A DNA stretch of 64,000 nt from Malacoraja senta (lineage: Eukaryota): contig JAXLNO010000315.1 in the NCBI GenBank assembly GCA_038087875.1, positions 1-64,000 of the forward strand, given 5' to 3'. The notes beneath the pieces are model-generated. The model was not told where the DNA came from and did no database searches. It was given only the letters and a program-made list of their open reading frames with translations. Each line of letters opens with the position of its first letter. Position 1 is the first letter of the stretch. Of the stretch, positions 22,544 to 33,983 are shown in pieces. A program made the position numbers and the translations under genes.

Positions 22544-24445
22544 ATGGCACTTGAGGTGGCTGGGGATGGCAGACAAGTAGGAGAAGATGAAGGAGCCTGC
22601 TTTAGAATTTCTTCATAGTCAACCGTTTCCAATGGTACCTCCTTTGGTCCTAAAATTAAATGAAAAACAAACTTTAATTCAACTTAGAACCTGTTATTGC
22701 ATAATCTCTATAGCCATACGCATGACTCTTCATAAGTAGGTCAGAGGTCATGGTCTTTCTTCTCAGGTCATATCCATAGTGATAGAGTACTGTACACAAA
22801 CTCCATCAGATTGCAAGTCATATATAACAGCACTTAAGACATTACATGTATGCAAAAAATATTTTACTGATGTTGAATAGGCTACTTCTTTAACCCATTG
22901 ACACCAAACTCTGCATATATGTGAAGTTTTCACAATTCTTTCAATAACTCATGATGTAGAAGCATAAAACGTTTAGAAGATAGATTAACAGAGAGAGACA
23001 AAATTCTTCACAAATTGAGCCCACATTTGTCAAAGTTCAATATAAAGTATGCTCACAGGATCTTGTTTAATGCAATTATAAAATTGGCAACAATTTTGAT
23101 AATTGAAAAGTCAATATTTCTAATGCAAATTGGCAATGTTTTATTGAGAATTTTAATGGAAATGCTCGTATTTTCATTTGTAATGCAATTGTAATGTAAT
23201 CAATATAAGGACAAAAGAAAAATATGTTGCCAATTTGAATGATGAAAGAAGAACCTTTTGGCTCCTCAAAAAAATTGATGTCTGTGGCATCAATGGGTTA
23301 AAATAAATAGAAATGTGATGTCATTTACCTTTTGAGAAATACGATGAGTAATTCGGTTGGGGATCACCGTGGCCTTTGTGTTCGAAGTTTTCTTTCTTTT
23401 GGATCTTCCATTGCAGGATGCCGATGTACGCTTCAGACCATCTGCTGTAATGAAATAACACAGGATAATACTATGGATTTTTTTCATGTTATGATTAACA
23501 TATATTATGCAATACAATGTTCATTAATCCTTTAACGATTAGGCTCTCAGTTTGACGCATATTTGCCCCCCCCCCCATGATCTCAAAATGGAAATGTTAC
23601 ATCTGTATATAATGATCCCATTAAAATGTATATTTTATAAATTTCCAATATTTTATATTAAGTTTATTAAAATTGGTTAAGTACTTTTGTTATGATGGAA
23701 GGGGTAGATCCGCAAATATGTCGTAACTTGAACATGGGAATTACAATTATTATCGGCTTAATTCACACCTCTGTAATTCAGCTTTAAGGCGGGATACACG
23801 TGTGCAATTCAATTACACAAAAAGGTCAGAAAATCTAGTCAGAAAATCCTGTCAAATATTTTTAATTTTTAACCATAAAAAAATCACAATTATCTCCGAA
23901 TAAAATTGGTGATAATGTTTTCCCTCTCCTACCAACCCATATTTTTAAGTCTTATGAACTAATAGTTTATTTTGGCCTAATACAAACACTATGATTGATA
24001 GGAGTTTATATTTGTGCTTACCTTTATCAAGTGGGACAAAATGTTTGTCCATTATATGACCAACATATACTACACTGGAAGTCTGCACTGTTAGAGGGCA
24101 AAAATTGAGGACTTTCACCTCCCAGGTCTGTCTGTCGTGGGATATCACGGTGATCTTCTGCTCTAGCAGTTCCGCTGTCACGCGTGGCACACGATAATCA
24201 TGCACATCTTGCGCTGGTTTCCTCAAATTCTCTACTACATTAGCGGTGATCATGCATTTCAGCCGCTGTGATGGTTTCTGTAACATATATAAAAAAGTAT
24301 TAATTAAAGATTTGATCCAGCAAATCTTACCATATTCCTGCTGGGATTCATTGCTCCGGCCCCACGACTGTGCGTGTTGAGCGAATGGGAGCAGATTCTC
24401 TTCGAATCAATGGCAGATATAGATTTGCATTTAAGGAAACTTACG
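22544..24445 (-). pseudogene. Putative multi-exon ORF of unknown product (probably 5' exons of a DNA-transposon gene)
   Basis: GC-richer blocks bounded by GT/AG sites: ~24331-24440, 24118-24278, 23328-23444, 22544-22649; Ser/Pro-rich frame resumes at 5108-5230. Confidence 0.5.
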
Positions 24446-24814
24446 TGAAAGGGAGACACGGCCACACACATTTATAACGTGCCATGGCATACACGTGTAT
24501 GTCTTGGCGGGAACATGTAATGTGATTGACGTACCTGTGGGCGTGTCTCCCCAGACTACAGACGAAGCAATCGACGTAAACCATGCACGATTTTCGTCGT
24601 GGTAAAATACAGTGTGCGGCGCAGGCGGGCTTAATGCATGATAAGGCTATTATGACAGTGTATACGAGCTTGTTGTGTTCATAGGAAATAAAACACCATT
24701 AGCCGAGGGGAGGTTCTAGTAGTTACTTGTTGCGGGTACCAAATAAAAAAATATTGCGCCCCAATTAAAAAAATATATATATTTTTTTACTCTTGATTTT
24801 GTTTTAAACTCTGG

Positions 24815-24867
24815 AAAAAAAAGGGGGTGCGACCGCACCCATCGCACCCCCCCTTCGGACGGCCATG
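24815..24867 (-). mobile_element. hAT-like transposon terminus
   Basis: CATGGCCGTCCG followed by a subterminal GGGGTGCGA...TCGCACCCC palindrome; partner end not in window. Confidence 0.5.
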
Positions 24868-25163
24868 AATTCAGTTGGACTAGCATCTATAATTGGTAGA
24901 TAGCTAATGTTACATTTTGGAGTTTTTTTCCATGTTTTAAAAATATGTGCAGGTTTCGTTCTTGATGAGTTTCAGATATAATTTCTATAATATTTTTACA
25001 CAATATGTTACAAATACAGGTAGATATGGGATGTGGCTCACAACATGAAACAAAAAGGCACCTCGGCCCACGGTCTATTATCACCAGTGATCAGGTTAAA
25101 TGGCTCAAACAATTGACTCGCACATTATCACCAATGATCAGGTTCCTCAAAATGAGTGACTAA

Positions 25164-25385
25164 AGGGCCTGTCCCACTTGGCCGTCATTTGCGCGTAATT
25201 TACGCAACATCATTTACGCGTAACAACGCACGTGATGCTCGCATGGTGCGCATTACGCCGCATGGTGCGCGATGACATAGGCAGTGACGTGCGGCCGCAC
25301 GCAGCGTCGCAGGATTTTGTGATGTACAAAATCTTCGCGCGCCATCTGCGTGACCCGCAAATGACGGCCAAGTGGGACAGGCCCT
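25164..25385. mobile_element. PIF/Harbinger-type MITE
   Basis: 30-bp perfect TIR AGGGCCTGTCCCACTTGGCCGTCATTTGCG; TAA TSD. Confidence 0.9.
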
Positions 25386-26433
25386 TAATTTCGTCATCAC
25401 AGCTGCAACAGAACCCAGTAATTTCCCATAAACTTACACAGCAAAAACCAAACTCATCACCTGGTGTCGGTGTTGCAAATCCTTCAGTGTTGAGGTCAGT
25501 TCAACCAGGGTTTTTATTCTCCATCCCAGGCAGACCAACTTCAACGGGTCCTCAATGCCATTCATCAGTGCACTTTTCAGGCGTCCATCAAATTGTTCTT
25601 TGGTAAGACCCGAATATTGGGCCATTATTTGTTCCATGCGTTGGATGTAGTCTTTAAACGTCTTTGTCCTTCTATTTTGTGGCGTTCGTTGCCTTTGACC
25701 AGTTAGTCGTTTTTGGGAACGGCTTGTGAAGGGCTGCATGTAAAGCTTCCCAGACCCTTGTGCGGGTCGTGCTGTAGACCTGGCAATGTCTCCTTCACCG
25801 AGCGCCCAGAATTGGTTGAAATGTTCCTCTAACTTTTTTAACTGTGATTCTTTTAACCATCCATGTATGAGGACTTCCGTATCCAGAATACGTGGTTGAT
25901 GACATAGGGTAATAGTCTTCAGTTTGTCAAGGGCTTTCTCCAGGTCCATATGGACACTGGGTAATTGCCCCACTAATACCCGCAGTTATGAGGGGCTCCA
26001 GGGTCTGTGGACGGCCATCGGTTGTGCTCCTGCGCTGGGGCAATAGCGGAGGGGAAAGTCACTTGCCGGAGCGGTCGGGTCCAATTGTAGGTTCTCGGTT
26101 CAGCACGGCAACTGTGCGGATAGCTACTATTTCAGCAGTCACTTCCCCAAGAGCTTCCGCAGTATCGTTAGCTGCCTTTTCCGTCGTTTCTGTTTCAGCC
26201 TGACTTCTTTGACCAACCTAGCAGTTACATATGGGAAAAGGATGGCAAAGTCTCGCTGTTTCTGTTATGGCTTCCAGTCCCTGGAGCTTCCAGTCACTTC
26301 TGCCTCCACAGTTTTTCCATGATAGATCTGGGTCATAGTGGGAATGCAACTGTCCTCACAAAAGCTGACATATGGTGTCACAGTGCCTGTATATTCATCA
26401 AGGCTTGTGGTTGCTTCCCTGAACACATTCCAA

Positions 26434-27669
26434 TCAGTTCAGTTCAGTTTTATTTGTAGGTTAACACAGGGTCAATGGTACAATGAAATGTGTTTGACAA
26501 GACAACGGGTCACCTCAGCAATGATTTTACAAGGATAAAATTAAGGTAAAAAAAGATAAGATAAAAGTGACATTGGTGGACAATAATAAATAAAATAATC
26601 AACATGTATGATGCGTTTATGAGTTCAGAAGCCTGGTGGCATGATGATAAAAACTGCTCTGAAGTCTAGCGGTACGTGCAGCCATGCTCCTATATCGTCT
26701 GCCTGATGGTAACAAGGAGAACAGTCTACATACTGTTGTTAAAGAAGGAACTGCAGATGCTGGAAAATCGAAGGTACACAAAAATGCTGGAGAAACTCAG
26801 CGGGTGCAGCAGCATCCATGGAGCGAAGGAAGGGTCTGAAAAAGGGTTTCGGCCCGAAACGTTGACTATTTCCTTCGCTCCATGGATGCTGCTGCACCCG
26901 CTGAGTTTCTCCAGCATTTTTGTCTACAGTCTACATACTGGGTGGCTGTGGTCCTTGATGATGTTGTGTGCCTTCCGCAAGCACCGCCTGTGGAAAATGT
27001 CCAGAATGGCCGGGGGACAGTTGCCAGTGATGTGCTGTGCCGCCTTCACCACTCTCTGTTGAGATTTGCGGCTATAGGCAGAACAGTTCCCGTACCAGAC
27101 TGTGATGCAGCCCGGCAGCAGACACTCGACGGTGCAACTGTAGAAGTTTGTGAGGATGCTGGCTTCATGCCAAACTTTCTCAGTCTTCTCAGGAAAAAGA
27201 GCCGCTGGCGGGCTTTCTTAGTTATTGTGTCCGTGTGCAGTGTCCAAGAGAGGTCCTCAGTGGACCGAGGAACTTGAAGCTGCTGACCCTTTCAACCTTA
27301 GCATCACCGATGTGGATGGGGAGGTGTCCACTCCCCTGCTGTCTCCTGTAGTCCACGATTTAGTTTTGCTGACATTGAGAGAGGTTATTTTCCTGGCACC
27401 AGCTGTTTAGTGCCTTTCTATAGGCCTCTCTATAGGCCGTCTCATTACTGTCTGATGAGGCCCAGGATGGTCGTGTCGTCAGCAAACTTTAAGATGATGT
27501 TGGAGCTGTGCTTAGCAGTACAGTCGTGCGTGAACAGGGAGTACAGGAGAGGACTGAGCACACAGCCCTGTGGTGTGCCTGTGTTGAGGATCAGTGAGGA
27601 AGAGGTGTGGCTGCCAATTCTCACCACCTGGGGCCTGCCCGTCAGGAAGTCGAATACCCAGCCGCAGAT
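26434..27669 (-). mobile_element. Rex1/Babar LINE 3' fragment
   Basis: [27 protein letters not shown]; (CTGAA)n tail. Confidence 0.9.
26736..26925. mobile_element. Penelope pseudo-LTR inverted-repeat insert
   Basis: About 55-bp inverted arms; 15-bp TSD ACAGTCTACATACTG (26721-26735, 26926-26940); hammerhead-like core. Confidence 0.8.
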
Positions 27670-28132
27670 TCAGAGACTCCCGGGGGGGGGGGGGTGATAA
27701 ACAATAAAATCCATCTGAAGGTTCATTAAAGGCCTGCTGGAATTCAGATGGGAGAAGGGCTGAACTCTTTCAGTCTTGCCAGGGTTTGTGTTTCTGTTTG
27801 GGTCTGGAGAAGAAGGCTGAACAGAGGTCAATTACAGAGTAGTATGTGGAGACTGCTGGAATACTGGTGAGAATTATGACAGGGTTGGGCATCACTGGAT
27901 CAATGGGCAGGACTGCCCTGAGGTCCGGCACGAAACATCTGGAACGTCGCTTCTGCACGGACAGAGTTGGGCTGTTGCATGGACTCTTGGTCGGGATCAT
28001 GACTCCTCTGTGGGAGTGGGGCTGAGGGATTCAATGTGACCTTGTATGGTGCCGCAGTCAGCACTTTTCCCACCTCGTTCGGATGGCTTGACCAATGATA
28101 TTGTGGAAACTGACCCAGGGCACTTTTTTGGA

Positions 28133-28394
28133 GACATAAAAACATAGAAAATAGGTGCAGGAGAAGGCCATTCGGCCCTTCGAGCCTGCACCGCCATTCA
28201 ATATGATCATGGCTGATCATCCAACTCAGTATCCTGTACCTGCTTTCTCTCCATACCCCCTGATCCCTTTAGCCACAAGGGCCACATCTAACTCCCTCTT
28301 AAATATAGCCAATGAACTGGCCTCTTAAATATAGCCAATGAACTGGCCTCTTAAATATAGCCAATGAACTGGCCTCTTAAATATAGCCAATGAA
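28133..28394 (-). mobile_element. CR1 3' tail with a 26-bp tandem at its truncation point
   Basis: Matches CR1 3' end; CCTCTTAAATATAGCCAATGAACTGG x3.8. Confidence 0.9.
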
Positions 28395-29332
28395 TGAGAC
28401 AGGTGGTTCTCGTGGATACAGTTTTCTTCTCTTCAGGAGGCTTTCAAAGGTCATGCTATCATGGAGCACAATACCATCACCGCTTTGTTTCGGGAAGTTC
28501 CAGTAGGCTGTTAGGTCCAACTTCCCATTCTCTTGTTACATCCTCCTCCCGTTTCCTGTTACGCACTTCCGTATGCTCATGTCATGTTGTCTGTTCCACT
28601 CTCGCTTCCAATCACCAAATGCTGCACAATTCACTTTTTTTTTCTCATCGGTTACAGTTTAGTTTATTGTCACTTGTACCGAGGTCCCGTGAAAAACTTT
28701 TGTTGTGTGCTAACCAGTCACCGGCTAGGGTCTCTGTCCATTAAAACTTCCTCTAAGCAGTTGATGCTGTCTTTGTTAAAGCAGCATCTGGGGAAAAGGC
28801 CCGTTGACATTTCTAGTCCACTTATCCCACTTCTTTAAATCTGCCACAGAGGACTGGCCGCCATTTTGGAACTAAGAATGTTCCGGCATCGCCTTTGGCG
28901 GCGCTTGGCTTTGTCCGTTTCCCATTTCCGTGACACGTTAATATACTCAAATGCATTTTTAAGACTTCACGTATATACTTGACACATTAAAAATTTACTT
29001 CCAGATGAACACATACATATACACTTAAGACTGTAAACAGTAAACAATTTTAAACAGCAAGTCAAGTTCCCAGTTTACATTGTTCACCCCCATAAATTAA
29101 GACCTTATCAACTTATCACTTTATATTTATTTTCCTGAATCTCCACTTATCTTAGGAGAACTTAAACTCTACACTTAGACTATGTCATGCCAAGTATTGT
29201 TCCGAATCCTTATACTGTAAGATTTGAGGCCGTTCGCAAATAAAATTTTCAGTTTATGTTTGTCGCCACTGAGAACTGGGGCCTTATACGACTAATCACC
29301 TTCAACTTATTTATGTAAAACCTTGACTTCAT

Positions 29333-31110
29333 ATTCTTTATTTCGAACAGAATAAAGGAATAAAAAGCAAGTATGAAACAGCATACAAAAAACAAATCAA
29401 GAATATTTATAAAGTGTCATAAACAATATCTATAAATAAATGAAATCGTATGTGTCCGAAAAGCAGGAAGAAGCCAAAGCTTATTAATTCCCACCCCTTA
29501 TTCAACTGCTTATAATTATCTTATACAAATTTAGCAGCTATATGTTCACCATATGTACACCACCAGCTATATGTACACCAAATTATTTACATTTATACAC
29601 TAATCAAATATTTACAAAGCCATACAAAAAAAGAGAGAAAAAAAGAAAAAAAGAAAAGAAAAAACACTCATATACTATACCATATCTCTTAGTCATATAT
29701 ACAACCCATCACCCTCTAATCACCCTTCCCAATACAATCAGTATAACAAATATCCCACACAATCACCTATTCTCATCCCAATATCCTTTAAAAAAAGTGT
29801 TTTTGTACATCTTTTTACACTGAATTATGTTTGTGCTAAGTTTTATCTCCTGTTCCAGACCATTCCACAAATTCACCCCACAGATTGCTATGCACATACT
29901 TTCTGACATTGAGTTTTTTTTTAATTACGTTCCCCTCTCAAATTATACCCACCCTGTCTTTCCATAAACAGTTTTTGTATATTTCCTGGAAGTAAATTAT
30001 TTCTTGCTTTGTACATGATTTGTGCAGTCTTAAATTTAACCAGATCGGTGAACTTCAGTGTATGTGACTTTGAGAATAATAAATTGGTATGTTCAAGATA
30101 TCCAACGTTATTGATAATTCTTATTGCTCTTTTTTGTAATGTGCATAATGGCTGTAGGTTGGTTTTGTAGGTGTTACCCCATATCTCTACACAGTAACTC
30201 AGATATGGCAATATGAGTGTATTATACAGAGTATGTAATAATTTGTTGTCCAGAATGTGTCTTGATTTTCCCAATATTGCTATAGACTTTGCCAGTTTTG
30301 GTTTGACGTGGTTTATATGTGGTTTCCAGCAGATTTTGTGGTCTAAGATCACACTAAGAAATTTATTTTCATATACTCTTTCTATACTTATGTTATCTAT
30401 TTTCAATTGTACTTGAGGGTTTGTTTTATGTTTTCCAAATAGCATCATCTTTGTTTTGCTTAAATTTAGAGACAATTTGTTGACATCAAACCACTGTTTT
30501 AATTTATTCATTTCTGATATGATGGCCTCCAAAAGCTGCTCCAAATTGTCACCGGAACAAAAAATATTCGTATCGTCGGCAAATATAATCAATTTCAATA
30601 TATTTGATACTTTGCATATGTCATTAATGTATATTATGAAAAGCTTTGAACCTAACACAGACCCTTGAGGTATTTCACAAGTTATGTTCTTGTAAGTTGC
30701 TTTATGTTCACCTATTTCCACAAATTGTTGCCTGTTTCTTAAATAGCTTCTCACCCAATCCAATCCAACCCCTCTGATGCCATACTTATCCAGTTTCATG
30801 AGTAAAATGTCGTGATTTACGGAATCAAATGCTTTTTTAAAGTCTATGAATATTCCCACTGCAAGTTTTTTATTATCTATGCAATTTGTGATTTCCTCGA
30901 TTAGTTCCATTAGTGCCATAGATGTTGATCTGTCTGTCCGGAATCCATATTGACTGTCGACCAAAAGCTTATGTTTTTCAATGAAATTGTCAAGTCTTTC
31001 TGTAAAAAGTTTTTCAAGGATCTTGGAGAATTGGGAGAGTAAAGAAACAGGCCTGTAATTTGTGAAATGGTGTCTATCTCCAGTTTTATATAATCAATTT
31101 GCAATTTATC
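29333..31110 (-). mobile_element. 5'-truncated LINE of the L2/CR1 group (Crack/Daphne-like)
   Basis: ORF 29921..30964: SQYGFR..STSMAL, FIDFKKAFDSVNH, IFADDTN, YCVEIWG. Confidence 0.85.
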
Positions 31111-31129
31111 AAAATCCTACTAGGTACCT

Positions 31130-31565
31130 TTTACTTCTTTGCCAGCAGACATCCCTGATGTCCTTTAAGCTGTCTGATTCCTACCCATTGATTTGGACTG
31201 CACTACAGATATTGGTGTAGAGCAGTTGGATCCAATTCCTGATTCCCTCCCCAAAGTCCATTTTGGAGATCACGTCCCTCATGTACGTGTGTGATATCCT
31301 GTCGATGGCCTTCTCCTAGTCCAAGCTGACTAGGCAGGCATCCACCGGTCTGTCCTGCACGTAGACAATGATATCTCTCAGTAGCGCCAGGCTGTCTGAG
31401 ATTTTCCTGCCAGGATCACCGGGCCCACCCAGTCCCACAGAGCTGAATACAACTCGGCCTGTAAGCCATCGCTTCTGGGAGTTTTATTTGAGTCAAAGGA
31501 ACGGATGAAGCCAGTCAGCTCCTCTAGGGTCAGTGGTTGGTCCAGACTCTCCCGCTTGCGGTGAA
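31130..31565 (-). mobile_element. Tx1/L1-clade RT fragment
   Basis: PLTLEEL..NKTPRSDGL.AELY; PGRKISDSLALLRD; LD*EKAIDRISH. Confidence 0.8.
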
Positions 31566-32391
31566 AGTGATCCATGGCCGCACCTCAGGGGCCAATGGCA
31601 CCGACCAGAATCCATTGGTCGTCCATCAGTGAGTTCTTCAGATGAGCAGAGAAAAGACTGTAATGGGATCCACCACTAATGCAGCCTTCTGATCAAGACA
31701 CTGATTTGCTTTCCGATAGTCAATGGTCAATTACTCAACTGAGAAGCCAGGGTTGGATCCCGGTTGACATGGCCACTAGTGGTGCTACTGACAAATGCCC
31801 CCTGTGACTGTTTGCATGTCTGGGTTCTCAGTCCTCAGAAACTTTTAGATCATCCATTTACATTATTGTGCCCCAGCAGAGGTGTTTGAATATTCAGAGA
31901 TGACTTGGTAGCTACAATATGTCCCATTGTAAATATGTCAATCTGCAAAGTTATTTCTTCACACTCAAAAAGTTAAAGCTTAGTAGATGATTATAGCCAC
32001 TGAAACGATAGTTAAACATTTATTGTTGCCTTAGTGTTTAAAATAAATATAAACTCGATGTACTTTGTGTTTTGGAGATCCTATTGTGAGGGTCTCTAAG
32101 AGAATGTGTTTCTTTTGATGAATAAAGACTTTTACATCAACAACTTCAGCCTCGGGGTGACTTCTTTCAAACTCATGACAGAGACACATTTAAACTCAAA
32201 AGACTTTGACGCTCGGGCCGGTAATTTAGCTGGTGATTTTATGTAAATGGTAGGGCCTGGGAGTTTTGTGGAACAGAGAGACCGACCGAGGGGTTCAGGT
32301 ACATTGATCTCTTAAAGGGGCGACGTAGGTAGACAGGGTGGTGAAGAAGCCATGTGGCACACTTACCTTCATCACAGGACATTGGCTACCA

Positions 32392-32945
32392 AGGCCTGCT
32401 GGATCTCCCAGTTACTAACCATTTTAACTCCCCTTCCCATTCCCATACTGTCCTTTCTGTCCTGGGCCTCCTCCATTGCCAGAATGATGCCACACGCAAA
32501 CTGGAGGAACAGCACCTCATATTCTGCTTGGGTAGCTTACAACCTAACGGTATGAACATTGAATTCTCCAATTTTAAGCAACCTCGTAACGAACCCATTT
32601 CTTCCCCCTCCTCCATTCCCCACCTGGACTCTCACCTATTTCTCCCTTCCACCTTGCTACTTTCCTCCCTCTGGCGACATAATTCAATTCTGTCCATTCA
32701 ATAACCATTCAGTCCTGTCTCACACCTCTGTTTTCATCTCTGGTCTTGGTTCCATCCATCTGCCGATCAACCAGCCCCTCACCTGCGTCCATCTATTACT
32801 TGCTGCGCTTTGTCCTGCCTCCTCCAGCTTTTTTCTCTCCCCCTCTACAATCAGTCTGAAGAAGGGTCTAGACCCTAAGCACCCCCTATCTGTGTTCTCC
32901 AGAGATGCTGCCTGGCCTGCTGAGTTACTCCAGCACTTTGTGTCC
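32392..32945 (+). mobile_element. Penelope-like element 3' end (GIY-YIG C-terminus and pseudo-LTR)
   Basis: LPVTNHFN..RKLEEQHLIFCLGSLQPNGMN; degenerate hammerhead at 32856. Confidence 0.85.
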
Positions 32946-33610
32946 ATTGAATGCAGAGATGGGGTCATGTTACAACTATACGAGTTACTGGCGAGACCAC
33001 ATTTGGACACTGATCGCTCAGCTAAAGGAAGGAAATTGTACAGAAAAGATTCAGGAGGATGTTACTGGTTCTGAAGAGCTTGGGTTATAAGGAGAGGCAG
33101 GATTGGCTGGAACCTGTCTGGAAATAGGAGATTGAGAAGTGACCTATGGAGGGATTTAAAATCAAGATCGGCACAGACATGGTTAATGGTCACAGTCTTT
33201 TCCCCAGGGTAGGGGAAATAGATTTAAGGTGGGAGGGGAAAGATTTAAAAGTTTTTTCACGCAGAGGGTGATTCGTATGTGGAACGAGCTGCCAGAGGAA
33301 CTGATAGAGGCGGGTAAAATGACAATGTTTAGAAGCTGTTTGGACAGCTTCATGGATAGGAAAGATTCAAAGATGTATCAGTTTCTTGATTAGCACAGGT
33401 GTCAGAGGTTATGGGGAGAAGGCAGGAGAATGGGGATAGGAGGGAGAGGTAGATCAGCCATGATTGAATGGTGGAGTAGACTTGATGGACCGAATGGCCT
33501 AATTCTACTCCTATTCCTTATGATCAGTTAAATGCAAGAAATTGGGACCATCTTTGTCGACATTGATAGGTTGGGCTAAGGGGCCTGTTTCCGTGCTGTA
33601 TAACTGTGTT
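32946..33610 (+). mobile_element. Old CR1 3' fragments
   Basis: LYELLARPHL, FFTQRV..WNELP remnants; two CR1-type tails. Confidence 0.7.
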
Positions 33611-33983
33611 CTATGTTGGACTGAGCCGGCAATGGAATGAGTACGTTAAACAGAAGGGTTGTATACTCTGTCGGCAAGAAACAAGCAAAGCACTGACTGA
33701 GAAATAGAGAGAACACTGGAGGGGTTGCAACATCCAAATGACCCCTTCACCTTATGCCCTCTGGTCCTCGATCCACTTACTCTGGACAAGAGATTGTGCA
33801 TCAACCCGATCTATTCCTCTCACAATTTTATACAAGATCACCCCTCATCCTACTCAACCTCTCCCTATAGATCAGACACTCTAATCCAGGCAACAGCCAT
33901 GTAAATCTTCTCTGTACCCTAGATACACACAAAAAGCTGAAGTAACTCAGCGGGACAGGCAGCATCTCCGGAGAGAACTGAAT

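Larger units (their letters stand above)
25430..29330 (-). mobile_element. Second ERV, heavily deleted and rearranged
   Basis: LTR end ...TTCTCA plus TGGCGAC PBS-like site near 29270; Gag MGNGQS at 28925; RT 28137-27800; IN LQMDFI near 27710; Env TM near 26090-26270; Gag CA 26050-25440. Confidence 0.75.
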
